Below, one piece after another: positions 17,038 to 25,568 of a DNA stretch of 31,656 nucleotides. The notes beneath the pieces are model-generated. The model did not search any database and had not been told where the DNA came from. It saw nothing but the letters and a program-made list of their open reading frames with translations. Both the position numbers and the translations under genes were made by a program. The first letter of the stretch is position 1; the number at the start of each line of letters is the position of its first letter. The stretch comes from Candidatus Marsarchaeota archaeon (lineage in GTDB: Archaea; Micrarchaeota; Micrarchaeia; Norongarragalinales; UBA8480): assembly GCA_023474775.1 (NCBI GenBank), contig JAMCXP010000048.1, forward strand, positions 1 through 31,656, given 5' to 3'.

Positions 17038-18039
17038 TTATTTTATGAAGCCTTGAACCAACAGTTGAAGTGTTTGCTGTGTTACCAAAAATATTGTTAC
17101 GGATATTATAAGCAGCACTGGAACGTACCCTACTCCTCGCGTTGCTTTTCCGTATCTTATCTGGCCTATTATAAAACCTGCTAAAAGATTAGTTGCTATT
17201 ATGCTTTCAAGCGCGAAGTAAAATATATCATTAGGGTTTATAGCGTTTGAATTTCCCCCGCCTCCGAAAGGAATGTTCTGAAGAAGCGTTCCAGTATTCC
17301 CTGTGTTTGCGGTCACCATTAAATTCTGGCTTATTTTAGAATAAGTTGTTGAAATTGAAAACAGCAGCGGCGCCATTATGGTTGCGGCGAATATTATGAA
17401 TAATGTATAAGTAACCGTTGAAGTTGAAATCTGCTTTTTAAGAGTTTGAGTGTTTCTGGTGTCTTCAGCCACTTCCTCAAGAAGTTTTGACATCTCCCCT
17501 CCTAGCCTTATGCCCTCCTGTATGAGTTGAACCGCTCTTTTAATAACATCGGATCTCACCCTGCCCGCCATTTTTTCAAGGTTTTCCTCTATTGGTTTTC
17601 CCCCGAAAGTGTCGGCGCTTATTTTTTTGATTTCATCCCTCAAAGGCCCAAACTCAGGCCTTGCAGCCAGCCAAATAGCGTTTTCAAGAGTCATTCCAGC
17701 GCGAATGTTAGCCGCGATTATATCAAGCGCGTCAGGCAGCAGCTCTTCTATTTTTCTAGCCCTATTATCGGCTGTCATCATTATCAGCATGTAAAGAAGA
17801 CCTGGAATTGAAATCAAAACCACCGCTGGAATGAGAAAGCGTAGCGTCTGGCTTTGAACTATTATCTGAGTAATAAAAACAGAAGCCAGTGTGGCGAAAA
17901 AAGTTAGGTATAAAGTAAATCCTATGAATATTCTAGGGCTAATAGTGAAACCGCCCTGTTCCATAAGCGTTGAAATTGAATTAACCATACTCTTTGGAGC
18001 CAGCATTGAAATTTTTAAATACAGCTTGTTGAAGTTCAT
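17038..18039 (-). CDS. Type IV pilus / T2SS-F membrane platform protein (TadC-like)
   Basis: IEELLPDALDIIAANIRAGMTLENAI, FGPLRDEI, GGEMSKLLEEVAED; several TM helices. Confidence 0.93.
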   Translation of the reverse strand: MNFNKLYLKISMLAPKSMVNSISTLMEQGGFTISPRIFIGFTLYLTFFATLASVFITQIIVQSQTLRFLIPAVVLISIPGLLYMLIMMTADNRARKIEELLPDALDIIAANIRAGMTLENAIWLAARPEFGPLRDEIKKISADTFGGKPIEENLEKMAGRVRSDVIKRAVQLIQEGIRLGGEMSKLLEEVAEDTRNTQTLKKQISTSTVTYTLFIIFAATIMAPLLFSISTTYSKISQNLMVTANTGNTGTLLQNIPFGGGGNSNAINPNDIFYFALESIIATNLLAGFIIGQIRYGKATRGVGYVPVLLIISVTIFLVTQQTLQLLVQGFIK

Positions 18040-18044
18040 TTCAT

Positions 18045-18923
18045 TTACACTCTCGGTCTTCTTGTTTTAATAAGATTTAAGAACACCAGCTGAAAAACCA
18101 CAAGAAAAACTATTATTATTGGGAAAATAATAGAGGTGATTGGAATGCTTACTATTGAAACTATAACTATAAGAAGTGTTATTCCGAGGCTTGGAACTAT
18201 AACCGCCATCATCATGTATATCATAGTCCACGGCGACAGCTCGTGAGCGTACTTCTCAATATCGTCCATTTTATCCTTTGTCAACCCGCTTATGGTTGTT
18301 TCAAGAGCGGTTCCAACATCGTTTCCCACTTTCAAAGCATTTGATATCTGCCACAAAATCCTCCTAAGCTTGAATGACGGGCTTTCCTTGCTCGCCTCTG
18401 AAATAGCGTCAAGCTCTGAAACACCCCCGTTTATCCTACTGACTATTTTCTTAAACTCCACGCTGACATCGCCGTAGTTTGTGGAAATGCTAATCATTGC
18501 ATTGAACAACGGAACACCACTTTTAACCTCAATATACAACTGTCTTGCCGCTGGTATCAAATTATCCTCTATCCTTCTCATTTTTCTAGTTGCTATAAGC
18601 TGGGGGTAGTAAATTATGGTAGCAAATGTGGCTAAAAATATTATAAACGAGACTAGCATGGAGAGAAAAAGCATGTTAATGCCAGCAAGCTCTCCAATTC
18701 CAAAAATCAAAGCGAATATTAACACTGTGTTTAAAATGGAAACTGTTGCGGTTATAGCCGAGTATTCTCTAGCGTCATAATCATAATCGGACTGCGCCAG
18801 CTCGTCTTCAAGCCCTGGAAAAAACTCAGCTATAAATTTACCGACTCCCTTAATCCTCTTTGCAATGCCAACTGCAAGCGGGTAGGGTACAAGCGAAAAA
18901 GGTATTGTCTTCACTTCAACCAC
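18045..18923 (-). CDS. Type IV pilus / T2SS-F membrane platform protein (TadB/TadC-like)
   Basis: IEDNLIPAARQLYIEVKSGVPLFNAM, YGDVSVEF, GNDVGTAL; several TM helices; overlaps the ATPase stop. Confidence 0.93.
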   Translation of the reverse strand: MVEVKTIPFSLVPYPLAVGIAKRIKGVGKFIAEFFPGLEDELAQSDYDYDAREYSAITATVSILNTVLIFALIFGIGELAGINMLFLSMLVSFIIFLATFATIIYYPQLIATRKMRRIEDNLIPAARQLYIEVKSGVPLFNAMISISTNYGDVSVEFKKIVSRINGGVSELDAISEASKESPSFKLRRILWQISNALKVGNDVGTALETTISGLTKDKMDDIEKYAHELSPWTMIYMMMAVIVPSLGITLLIVIVSIVSIPITSIIFPIIIVFLVVFQLVFLNLIKTRRPRV

Positions 18924-20947
18924 TCAGGCACTTTGTTTTTAGAAACGGTGTCAAGCAACTCGTCCCTATTCTTATAATACTCAGCTATCAAAGCTCCTAT
19001 ATTATTTACCTTGTCTATCTTATGCTCGAGCGCGAAGTCAAGTATTTTTTTCTTCTCGCTTATATCCTCTTCGATTTCATTTATGGTCATTCCAGTGTGC
19101 ATTGTCAGCTCGTCTATAAGCCTTATGAAGTTTCCAACCCTATCAAGACTGTCATCCCTGGCGTTCCACTTGTATATAACATTTAAATTCATTTTATTTT
19201 CCTCCGGCGTTATCTCTGCCACTTCATATGTTCTTCTTATCCCTGTTCTTCTCTGTCTGTACTGTACTATTATCAACTGCAGCGCTCCAAGAACTTCTTC
19301 AGGCAAGCTTATGGGAGGATTTAACAGCCTGTTTTTAACCTGTAGCACTTCATCAGCGTGAACCGTTGAGTAAACGGAATGCCCTGTATGCATGGCCTCG
19401 AAAAGCACTTCAGCCTCCTCCCTTCTTCTAACTTCTCCCAGCACTATCCTGTCGGGTCTCATTCTAAGAGAGTTGACAACAAGATCAAGCATGGTTATCT
19501 CTCCTTTGCCTTCAGGGTTGGGCTCTCTTGTAACCATGGGAACCCAATGCATGAAGTCAGGTAATACAAGCTCTCTTGTATTGTGAACAATGACATTGCT
19601 GCAGACAAAATTCTCATACAAAGGAACAGTCAAGTCGTAAACGCTTCCTTCATAGAAATTTTTGCTTATTCCAATTATCTTTGAAGTTTGAGCTTGAACC
19701 CTCCCTTGAATTTTAAGCTGCATTGAACCGGTGAGCGAAAGGTTTTCAGTTGCAATCATGGCAATGCAAATCTCATCCCCTTCTTTTAAATCACCTGCTC
19801 TAACCGGAGTCAAGAAATCCTTCATGATAAAAACAGAATGATCCTCCGTGACGCTTATGATTGTTTTTTCAGTCTTTATTTCAACAATATTTTTAGCTAT
19901 CCTATGTTTTATGAAAGCTGTTGGCTGTGTAAGCACCACCGCTCCATCTTTGGATGAAGAAAAAACCCTGATTTCATCATTAATGTTCAACGCGATTTCA
20001 GTTCCATCCTCGAGAATCGTTTTGTCTTTTGAAAGCTGGCCTTCAACAAGATCGCCGATCATTCTCTCATAAAAAACCTCGCCTTTCTGGAATATGATTT
20101 TCTCGCTTCCCTTAACGCTGTCCTCTATTGAAATCACCCTGTTGTTCGCTGGAACGAAAGGCAGAATGGCGTTCAAAAAACTGGTTTTACCTGAAGCAGT
20201 CCCCCCTCCGATGAGAATGCTCATCTCATACTGCATCGAAGTCCATATCAGCGCTGCAACCTCGCTTGTGATTGTTTTGTAGTCAGGACTTATCAGATTG
20301 ACTATTGTCCAAGGGTCTTTTGAAAACTTCCTTATTGTAAGAGAGTTGCCCTTGTTGTTTATGGGAAATAAAACAGAGTTAACTCTGCTTCCATTCAACA
20401 GGTGCGCGTCCATCATAGGCTGAAGGTTTGTGATTTGCTTTCCTATTTTCCTTGCTATTATCGAAGAGTAGTTGTAAATCTGCTCTTCAGAGCTTACAGT
20501 TATGTTTGTTGAAAGCCAGCCATACTTTTTATGATAAACTTTTACCGGTTCGTGCGAAGAGTTTATCACCACTTCTTCAAGATTATCATCATTCAAAACA
20601 AGTTCAAGATCTCCGAGCCCTGTCATATCGTTTATTATCTTTCCAACAAGTATTCTCTTCTCCTCTTCCGAAACCCCTGGGAGCTGCTCTTCTATAAGCG
20701 TTGAAGCCCGGTCTGCAAGTTTTATTTTAACCTTATCATTCTCTCTTGGATCCAGTATTTCCGAGGTTTTAATATCTATACTTTCTATTATCTTTTCCTT
20801 TAAATGCTCTAAAACCGCTTCTGTCGCGGGTTTTATCTTAACATGCTTTAAGTAATACTTGTTTGTGAACTCTCTTTCCTCCTGAGTTATTTCTATCTCG
20901 GCTATAACCCCCTCGCTTTCCACATTGTAATTTGTAAGGACTTTCAT
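18911..20947 (-). CDS. Type IV pilus assembly ATPase (VirB11/CpaF/TadA family) containing an intein
   Basis: Walker A GGTASGKT, Asp box ISIED|TREL, Walker B MRPDRIVLGEVR, His box MHTGHSVYSTVH. Confidence 0.95.
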   Translation of the reverse strand: MKVLTNYNVESEGVIAEIEITQEEREFTNKYYLKHVKIKPATEAVLEHLKEKIIESIDIKTSEILDPRENDKVKIKLADRASTLIEEQLPGVSEEEKRILVGKIINDMTGLGDLELVLNDDNLEEVVINSSHEPVKVYHKKYGWLSTNITVSSEEQIYNYSSIIARKIGKQITNLQPMMDAHLLNGSRVNSVLFPINNKGNSLTIRKFSKDPWTIVNLISPDYKTITSEVAALIWTSMQYEMSILIGGGTASGKTSFLNAILPFVPANNRVISIEDSVKGSEKIIFQKGEVFYERMIGDLVEGQLSKDKTILEDGTEIALNINDEIRVFSSSKDGAVVLTQPTAFIKHRIAKNIVEIKTEKTIISVTEDHSVFIMKDFLTPVRAGDLKEGDEICIAMIATENLSLTGSMQLKIQGRVQAQTSKIIGISKNFYEGSVYDLTVPLYENFVCSNVIVHNTRELVLPDFMHWVPMVTREPNPEGKGEITMLDLVVNSLRMRPDRIVLGEVRRREEAEVLFEAMHTGHSVYSTVHADEVLQVKNRLLNPPISLPEEVLGALQLIIVQYRQRRTGIRRTYEVAEITPEENKMNLNVIYKWNARDDSLDRVGNFIRLIDELTMHTGMTINEIEEDISEKKKILDFALEHKIDKVNNIGALIAEYYKNRDELLDTVSKNKVPEWLK
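19580..20119 (-). mobile_element. Mini-intein (180 aa, no endonuclease) in the pilus ATPase
   Basis: Starts at Ser (SVKGSE); block B SVTEDHSVF (TxxH); block F VYDLTV...ENF; ends VHN followed by Thr; removal restores ISIEDTREL. Confidence 0.93.
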
Positions 20948-20954
20948 TTTCTAC

Positions 20955-22043
20955 TCACTTTCTTAATTCTTTTATTTTTAAAAATCTCCCGTTTTTCATC
21001 CATGCTTTTATCCAAACTCCTTTCCTCCTGAACTTCAAAATTCTTATCCTGACCCTTCTTTTTTTTATTTCCTTTTCAACGTGCCTTGTTTTTTTAATTT
21101 CACCTGTTTTTCTCTGCTTGATTTCCTTCCTTAATTTTATCTTTTTTCTTTTATGAATTTTCAGGAGTTTTTTCTCTTCAATCGCGGTTTTTTCAATCTT
21201 TCTAGCTTCTTTCTTTTCAACAGTCTTACTTTCAGCTTTATTCGCCTGCCTTTTGCTTTCCTTCCTGTTTTCAGCTATTTTTTTGAACTCCTGTATTGGA
21301 ATTTCTATCTTCGCCCGCTTTCCGCCTTCGATTATTTTTGATTCAAGAGGCTGTAATGGCTTCCCATCTATTTTCTTTTCAAGCATTTTTGTCTTTTTCT
21401 TCAACTCGTCGGCCTCCTCCATCTCACTTTCGGGAATAACCTCGATCTTTTTTTTAATTCCAAAAATGCTTTTAATTTTCTCAATTATGGAAGGTTTTCT
21501 CTTTTCAATCTTCTTTATGTTGTCCTTGAAAGTTTGAAGCTGCTGGTCGAAAACATATATCCTCTTATATAATCCGTTGACTCTGTTTTCCATGACGTGA
21601 ACCTCTTCGATAACTTTCTGCATTTCACTTTCGGTTTTCTCCATTTCCTTTTCATCTATGTTTGTCTGCTGGGAGAGTTTTCTCAGGTTATTCTGAGCTA
21701 TGTTTATTCTTTTGTTTAAATCAGACTCTATAAATTCAAAGATGCTTTCAGTATCAAAAATTTGTTTTTCTATCTTCTTACCCTCATCGACCGCCAGTTG
21801 CTTGAATTGCGGAGTTAGAGTTGGCTTTGAGATTATCTTCTTCTTTGAGGTTAGAATGGTGTTTGTAAGCTCATATCTTATTGAAATCAAACCGCTTTCA
21901 GCCAGCATTTCACCAAGCTTTTCAACCTCATCCGGGTTCATGGCCAGAACCTTAGCCGCGTTGGTTACACTCACACTCTCATTAGCGTTTATGTACTCAA
22001 CCAGCCTGTCTATAGAAGTGTCAAGATTTTCCTTTATCATCAA
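20955..22043 (-). CDS. Hypothetical protein: N-terminal winged-HTH-like region, coiled coil and Lys-rich tail; first gene of the pilus operon
   Basis: TSIDRLVEYI...VSVTNAAKVL...EVEKLGEMLAESGLISIRY resembles a wHTH; long E/K heptad region; C-terminus may be frameshifted (see findings). Confidence 0.75.
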   Translation of the reverse strand: MMIKENLDTSIDRLVEYINANESVSVTNAAKVLAMNPDEVEKLGEMLAESGLISIRYELTNTILTSKKKIISKPTLTPQFKQLAVDEGKKIEKQIFDTESIFEFIESDLNKRINIAQNNLRKLSQQTNIDEKEMEKTESEMQKVIEEVHVMENRVNGLYKRIYVFDQQLQTFKDNIKKIEKRKPSIIEKIKSIFGIKKKIEVIPESEMEEADELKKKTKMLEKKIDGKPLQPLESKIIEGGKRAKIEIPIQEFKKIAENRKESKRQANKAESKTVEKKEARKIEKTAIEEKKLLKIHKRKKIKLRKEIKQRKTGEIKKTRHVEKEIKKRRVRIRILKFRRKGVWIKAWMKNGRFLKIKELRK

Positions 22044-22093
22044 AAAATACTTTCCATGTTTTTGTTTTTAACGTTTTCGCCTTTCAATTACCG

Positions 22094-22654
22094 CTATATT
22101 TTCTTTGTTACAAGATAACTTATAATAACGGCTGAAACCGAAATTAGAAGATTGTCGTCAATGTCAAGGTCTATCGTTTCAATCATCCCCAAGGTAAATG
22201 CGTAGGCAATGCCTTCAAACCCTAGAAATGAAAAGGCGGGGATCGAACTGAAAACAATGAATGAAACAAGCCCGTACCATGTTTTTTTTTCGTTCCAGGG
22301 AAGTTTAACCTCAGCGTTTCTTCCTATAAGCGTTGAAAAACCGTCGCCAACAGCCAGAATTGAAATCAAAGTTATGGCGTAAATAGGCGGGGTTAACGAG
22401 AGAATGAGAATCATACCTGCGAACATTGTAATAGCTCCTTTACCGGGTATTTTAACCCCTCTTTCTATCCGTTCGAGAATCCCGTCTATAAAATCGCTCT
22501 TAAATCCAAGAGCCTTGGCGTTTGAAAACAAAACACCTACAACAAGAAGAAAAACCAGCACTCCAAGAGTGTTTTCAACTCCAATGACATAAACCAGCCC
22601 TATGACTGCTATCCCTATAAAGATATGTATTGTTTGTCTCAGTTCTTCATTCAT
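22094..22654 (-). CDS. Dolichol/phytol kinase-like (SEC59/DGK1/VTE5, CTP-dependent) membrane protein
   Basis: ELRQTIHIFIG, AVGDGFSTLIG, KKTWYG, IDDNLLI. Confidence 0.88.
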   Translation of the reverse strand: MNEELRQTIHIFIGIAVIGLVYVIGVENTLGVLVFLLVVGVLFSNAKALGFKSDFIDGILERIERGVKIPGKGAITMFAGMILILSLTPPIYAITLISILAVGDGFSTLIGRNAEVKLPWNEKKTWYGLVSFIVFSSIPAFSFLGFEGIAYAFTLGMIETIDLDIDDNLLISVSAVIISYLVTKKI

Positions 22655-23054
22655 TTAAAATCCAACCCAGCTCTTCTATTTTATTTATTATCGTCTCGCC
22701 GAAAAAAGGGGTTATAACCCCCAATGAAACCCCTGCGCCAAGAATTGAAATTGACGGGGCTGAAAGCATCAGAATTATTGAAATTATAAGAAAAACGTAA
22801 AAAACCCAGCTTGAGAAAAACATCATTGCTATTGAAAATGGAACTGCTATTTCAATAACGCTTAAACCGTTGATATTCAGAAGGAAAGCCGCCACGTAAA
22901 TAGCAATGATTATCACAAAAGTTGCAATAAGAGTTTTCCTGCGCTTTGAAAAAACAAGGGAAATCAACGCCAATAATATTAATATGATTATAATATTTTG
23001 GCTTATAATGTTTGACGAAACTGTTATAAACTGGCTTAAAGTCTCTACAACCAT
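22647..23054 (-). CDS. Hypothetical integral membrane protein (about 4 TM helices)
   Basis: Almost wholly hydrophobic; overlaps the kinase start by 8 nt, which suggests translational coupling. Confidence 0.75.
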   Translation of the reverse strand: MVVETLSQFITVSSNIISQNIIIILILLALISLVFSKRRKTLIATFVIIIAIYVAAFLLNINGLSVIEIAVPFSIAMMFFSSWVFYVFLIISIILMLSAPSISILGAGVSLGVITPFFGETIINKIEELGWILNE

Positions 23055-23143
23055 GCTTATTTTCTCTTGCGTCGGGTTTATTAAATTTTTTGAGAATAAT
23101 TTCTAATGCAAAGCCGCAGTAGCTCAGCTGGTTAGAGCGCCAG

Positions 23144-23162
23144 TTCTTTTTTACAAGGCGTG
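23144..23162 (+). other. Non-canonical tRNA intron at 30/31 of tRNA-Met
   Basis: BHB central helix CGCC/GGCG (perfect), outer helix GAG/CTC. Confidence 0.87.
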
Positions 23163-23169
23163 ACTCATA

Positions 23170-23191
23170 AATTCAAACTCAAGATTGAGCC
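23170..23191 (+). other. Canonical 37/38 intron of tRNA-Met
   Basis: BHB central helix CTCA/TGAG, inner helix ATT/GAT. Confidence 0.9.
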
Positions 23192-23231
23192 ATCTGGAGG
23201 TGGGGGGTTCAACTCCCCCCTGCGGCATTGT

Positions 23232-25136
23232 TTAAGTCAGAATTGCCTTTATCCTTCTCACTCCAGCGCTTACTGCCTCTTCCTTTACAATCTTAAAAAC
23301 TCCTAGCTCTGAAGTGTTTTTAACGTGCGGACCAGTGCACACCTCAATGCTGTAACCACTTACATTGTAAACGCTTACTCTTTCCCCGTATTTTTCAGTG
23401 AACAACGCTTGAGCGCCTAACTTTTTAGCCTCTTCAACCGTCATCTCGGTTCTTTTCACGTTCAACCCTTTTTTTATTATTCCATTAACCTCATCTTCGA
23501 CTTTCTTTATTTCTTCAGGGGTGAGCTTCCTGTTGAAGTTGAAGTCAAACCTCAATCTTTCAGGAGTGATGTTGCTTCCTTTCTGCTTGATGTTTTTATC
23601 AACCACTCTCCTCAAAGCCTCGTTCAACAGGTGGGTGGCGGTGTGAAGCTTGGTTGTCTGCTCTGATTTATCCGCCAAGCCCGACTTGAATTTTTTTTCA
23701 GCCCCTACTCTTGACGTTTCCTGGTGTTTTTCCAGCTCTTTTGCGAATTCAGCTCGGTGGAATAATAATTTTTTTTCTCTCGCGATTTCGATTATGAGCT
23801 CTTCTGGGAAACCGTATGACTGGTAGAGTAGGAAGCCTTCCTTGCCGGTTATGGCGGCTTTGTCGATTTCGTTTTCTGTTATTCCAGCTTCCTTTACTTC
23901 GTAGTTTTCTCCTTGTTTTTTCTTTGTCCATACCCCTTCGATTATCTGCTCGTGGCTTGGCGATTGCATGAGTTTAATGTATTTTTCTGCTGGTATGGGT
24001 GTTTTTTCGCTGAATACTGCTTCGGCCGCTTTCAGCCCTTCGCTTATTACCTTTTTGAACCTGTTTTCTTCTTCATCAAGTTGTGAAAGTATGAATTTTT
24101 GGTTTTTGTTCAGTTCTTCATAGTCCTTTTCATATATTTCAATTACTTTTTTGGCGGTTTCAGCGGTAAAGTTTTCTTTTATTCCAATTTCCCTTCCATG
24201 CCTTATGGCTCTTCTTATAAGCCTTCTTAATATGTAACCCTGCTCAACATTGCTTGGCTCCACTTTTTTGTCGTCCCCAAGTATGAATGTCGCTGCTTTC
24301 AGGTGGTCTGCTATTATTCTGGCGCTTCTTTCCTCGTATTTTTCCGCCATGCTTTTTATTTTTTCAAGTATCGGCTTGAAAAGTTCGGTGTCATAGATTG
24401 ATTTTTTTCCCTGAAGCATGGCAGTGATTCTTTCCAAGCCCATTCCAGTGTCCACGTTTTTCTGTTTAAGCATTTCGTACTTTCCTTCTTTTGTCTTGTT
24501 GTACTCCATGAACACGTCGTTCCAGATTTCAACCCATTTTCTGTCATTGGTGTTGAATTCTTTTGGGTTGTTTTCGCCTTTCCAGTAAAACATTTCGCTG
24601 CATGGCCCGCATGGCCCGGTTTGCCCTGCAGGCCCCCAGAAGTTGTCTTCCTTTGGAAGAAATCTTATTCTTTCAGCAGGTATTCCCAGTTTCATCCATA
24701 TTTCTGCAGATTCTTCATCTCTTGGCGCGTCGCTGTTTCCTTCAAAGCATGTTACCGCTAATTTTTCGATTGGAATTCCAAGCCATTTTTCGTTTGTTAG
24801 GAATTCAAAGCTCCATTCTATCGCCTCTTTTTTGAAATAATCTCCGAAAGACCAGTTGCCTAGCATTTCAAAGAAGGTCAGGTGCGTGGCGTCTCCCACG
24901 CTTTCAATGTCGCCAGTTCTTACGCATTTTTGCGCGTCTGCTATTCTTTTTCCCATTGGATGAGGCTGTCCAAGGATGAACGGGACTAACGGGTGCATTC
25001 CAGCGGTGGTAAACAGAACTGTAGGGTCATGCTCAGGAATGAGAGATTCTGATTTTATTATTCTATGCCCTTTTTCTTTGAAGAATTCGAAGTATTTTTT
25101 TTTTATTTCCTCTGCTGTTATTTGCTCTGCTTTCAT
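23232..25136 (-). CDS. alaS: Alanyl-tRNA synthetase, short form (catalytic, helical and editing core; no C-Ala)
   Basis: LFTTAGMHP, QKCVRTGD, HLTFFEMLGNWSFGDYFK, DTGMGLER, IIADH, editing motifs HTATH and EVCTGPH, ends GVRRIKA. Confidence 0.97.
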   Translation of the reverse strand: MKAEQITAEEIKKKYFEFFKEKGHRIIKSESLIPEHDPTVLFTTAGMHPLVPFILGQPHPMGKRIADAQKCVRTGDIESVGDATHLTFFEMLGNWSFGDYFKKEAIEWSFEFLTNEKWLGIPIEKLAVTCFEGNSDAPRDEESAEIWMKLGIPAERIRFLPKEDNFWGPAGQTGPCGPCSEMFYWKGENNPKEFNTNDRKWVEIWNDVFMEYNKTKEGKYEMLKQKNVDTGMGLERITAMLQGKKSIYDTELFKPILEKIKSMAEKYEERSARIIADHLKAATFILGDDKKVEPSNVEQGYILRRLIRRAIRHGREIGIKENFTAETAKKVIEIYEKDYEELNKNQKFILSQLDEEENRFKKVISEGLKAAEAVFSEKTPIPAEKYIKLMQSPSHEQIIEGVWTKKKQGENYEVKEAGITENEIDKAAITGKEGFLLYQSYGFPEELIIEIAREKKLLFHRAEFAKELEKHQETSRVGAEKKFKSGLADKSEQTTKLHTATHLLNEALRRVVDKNIKQKGSNITPERLRFDFNFNRKLTPEEIKKVEDEVNGIIKKGLNVKRTEMTVEEAKKLGAQALFTEKYGERVSVYNVSGYSIEVCTGPHVKNTSELGVFKIVKEEAVSAGVRRIKAILT

Positions 25137-25211
25137 GAATTAATTTTAGGGCTATTGTTTTTTAAACATTTTTCCCTGTTTTCGCATTTTTATTTACTTG
25201 ATTATAAGGTT

Positions 25212-25499
25212 GAGTGCGAAGGCGGTACCCCGCCTTTTGTTGTACGAAAAACACCGAGTGTTTTTCCATTGGCAGCATTTATCTAAGCGGCTTTAAAAAA
25301 GCCTTGCGCCATACGGTGGGGCTCGTTTCACTTCCAGCGGTGTTAAGGCATCGTCGTGTCACGCGCCTGAAAAAAACATCGCAGGAATGTCGTTTCTGCT
25401 CCCCACCCCTGCCTTAAGCAGGGAAGGTTTGCCTTCTCATTGAAATTTGGTGGGCGGAAGTTCCTCCCTATAAAGGGTAAGCTGCCCGCCTTCACGCTC
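25212..25499 (-). ncRNA. rnpB: Archaeal RNase P RNA
   Basis: Reverse strand carries GAGGAACTTCCGCC (CR-I), AGCAGAAACG (CR-II), TGAAACG (CR-III), GCTTAGATAAATG (CR-IV) and AACAAAAGGCGGGGTA (CR-V); P1 GAGCGTGAAGGCGG/CCGCCTTCGCACTC. Confidence 0.94.
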
Positions 25500-25568
25500 T
25501 ACTTAGATTAGCCTAAAAATTGTTTTAAACGTTTGCTTTTTCAACTTGTATTGCAATAATAGTATAAT

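Larger units (their letters stand above)
23113..23227 (+). tRNA. Elongator tRNA-Met(CAT) with two introns (30/31, 19 nt; 37/38, 22 nt)
   Basis: GCCGCAG/CTGCGGC acceptor stem with A73; removing 23144-23162 and 23170-23191 gives CCAGA-CTCATAA-TCTGG; G1-C72 and the acceptor sequence fit elongator Met rather than initiator or Ile2. Confidence 0.9.

Noticed and set aside
12715-20119. Idea that the free-standing LAGLIDADG protein mobilises the endonuclease-less intein in trans
   Set aside because: They are 6 kb apart with different base composition and no sequence link; the ORF is physically tied to tRNA-Gly instead
25065-25417. Short + strand ORFs of 73 aa and 67 aa
   Set aside because: They are antisense to alaS and to the RNase P RNA
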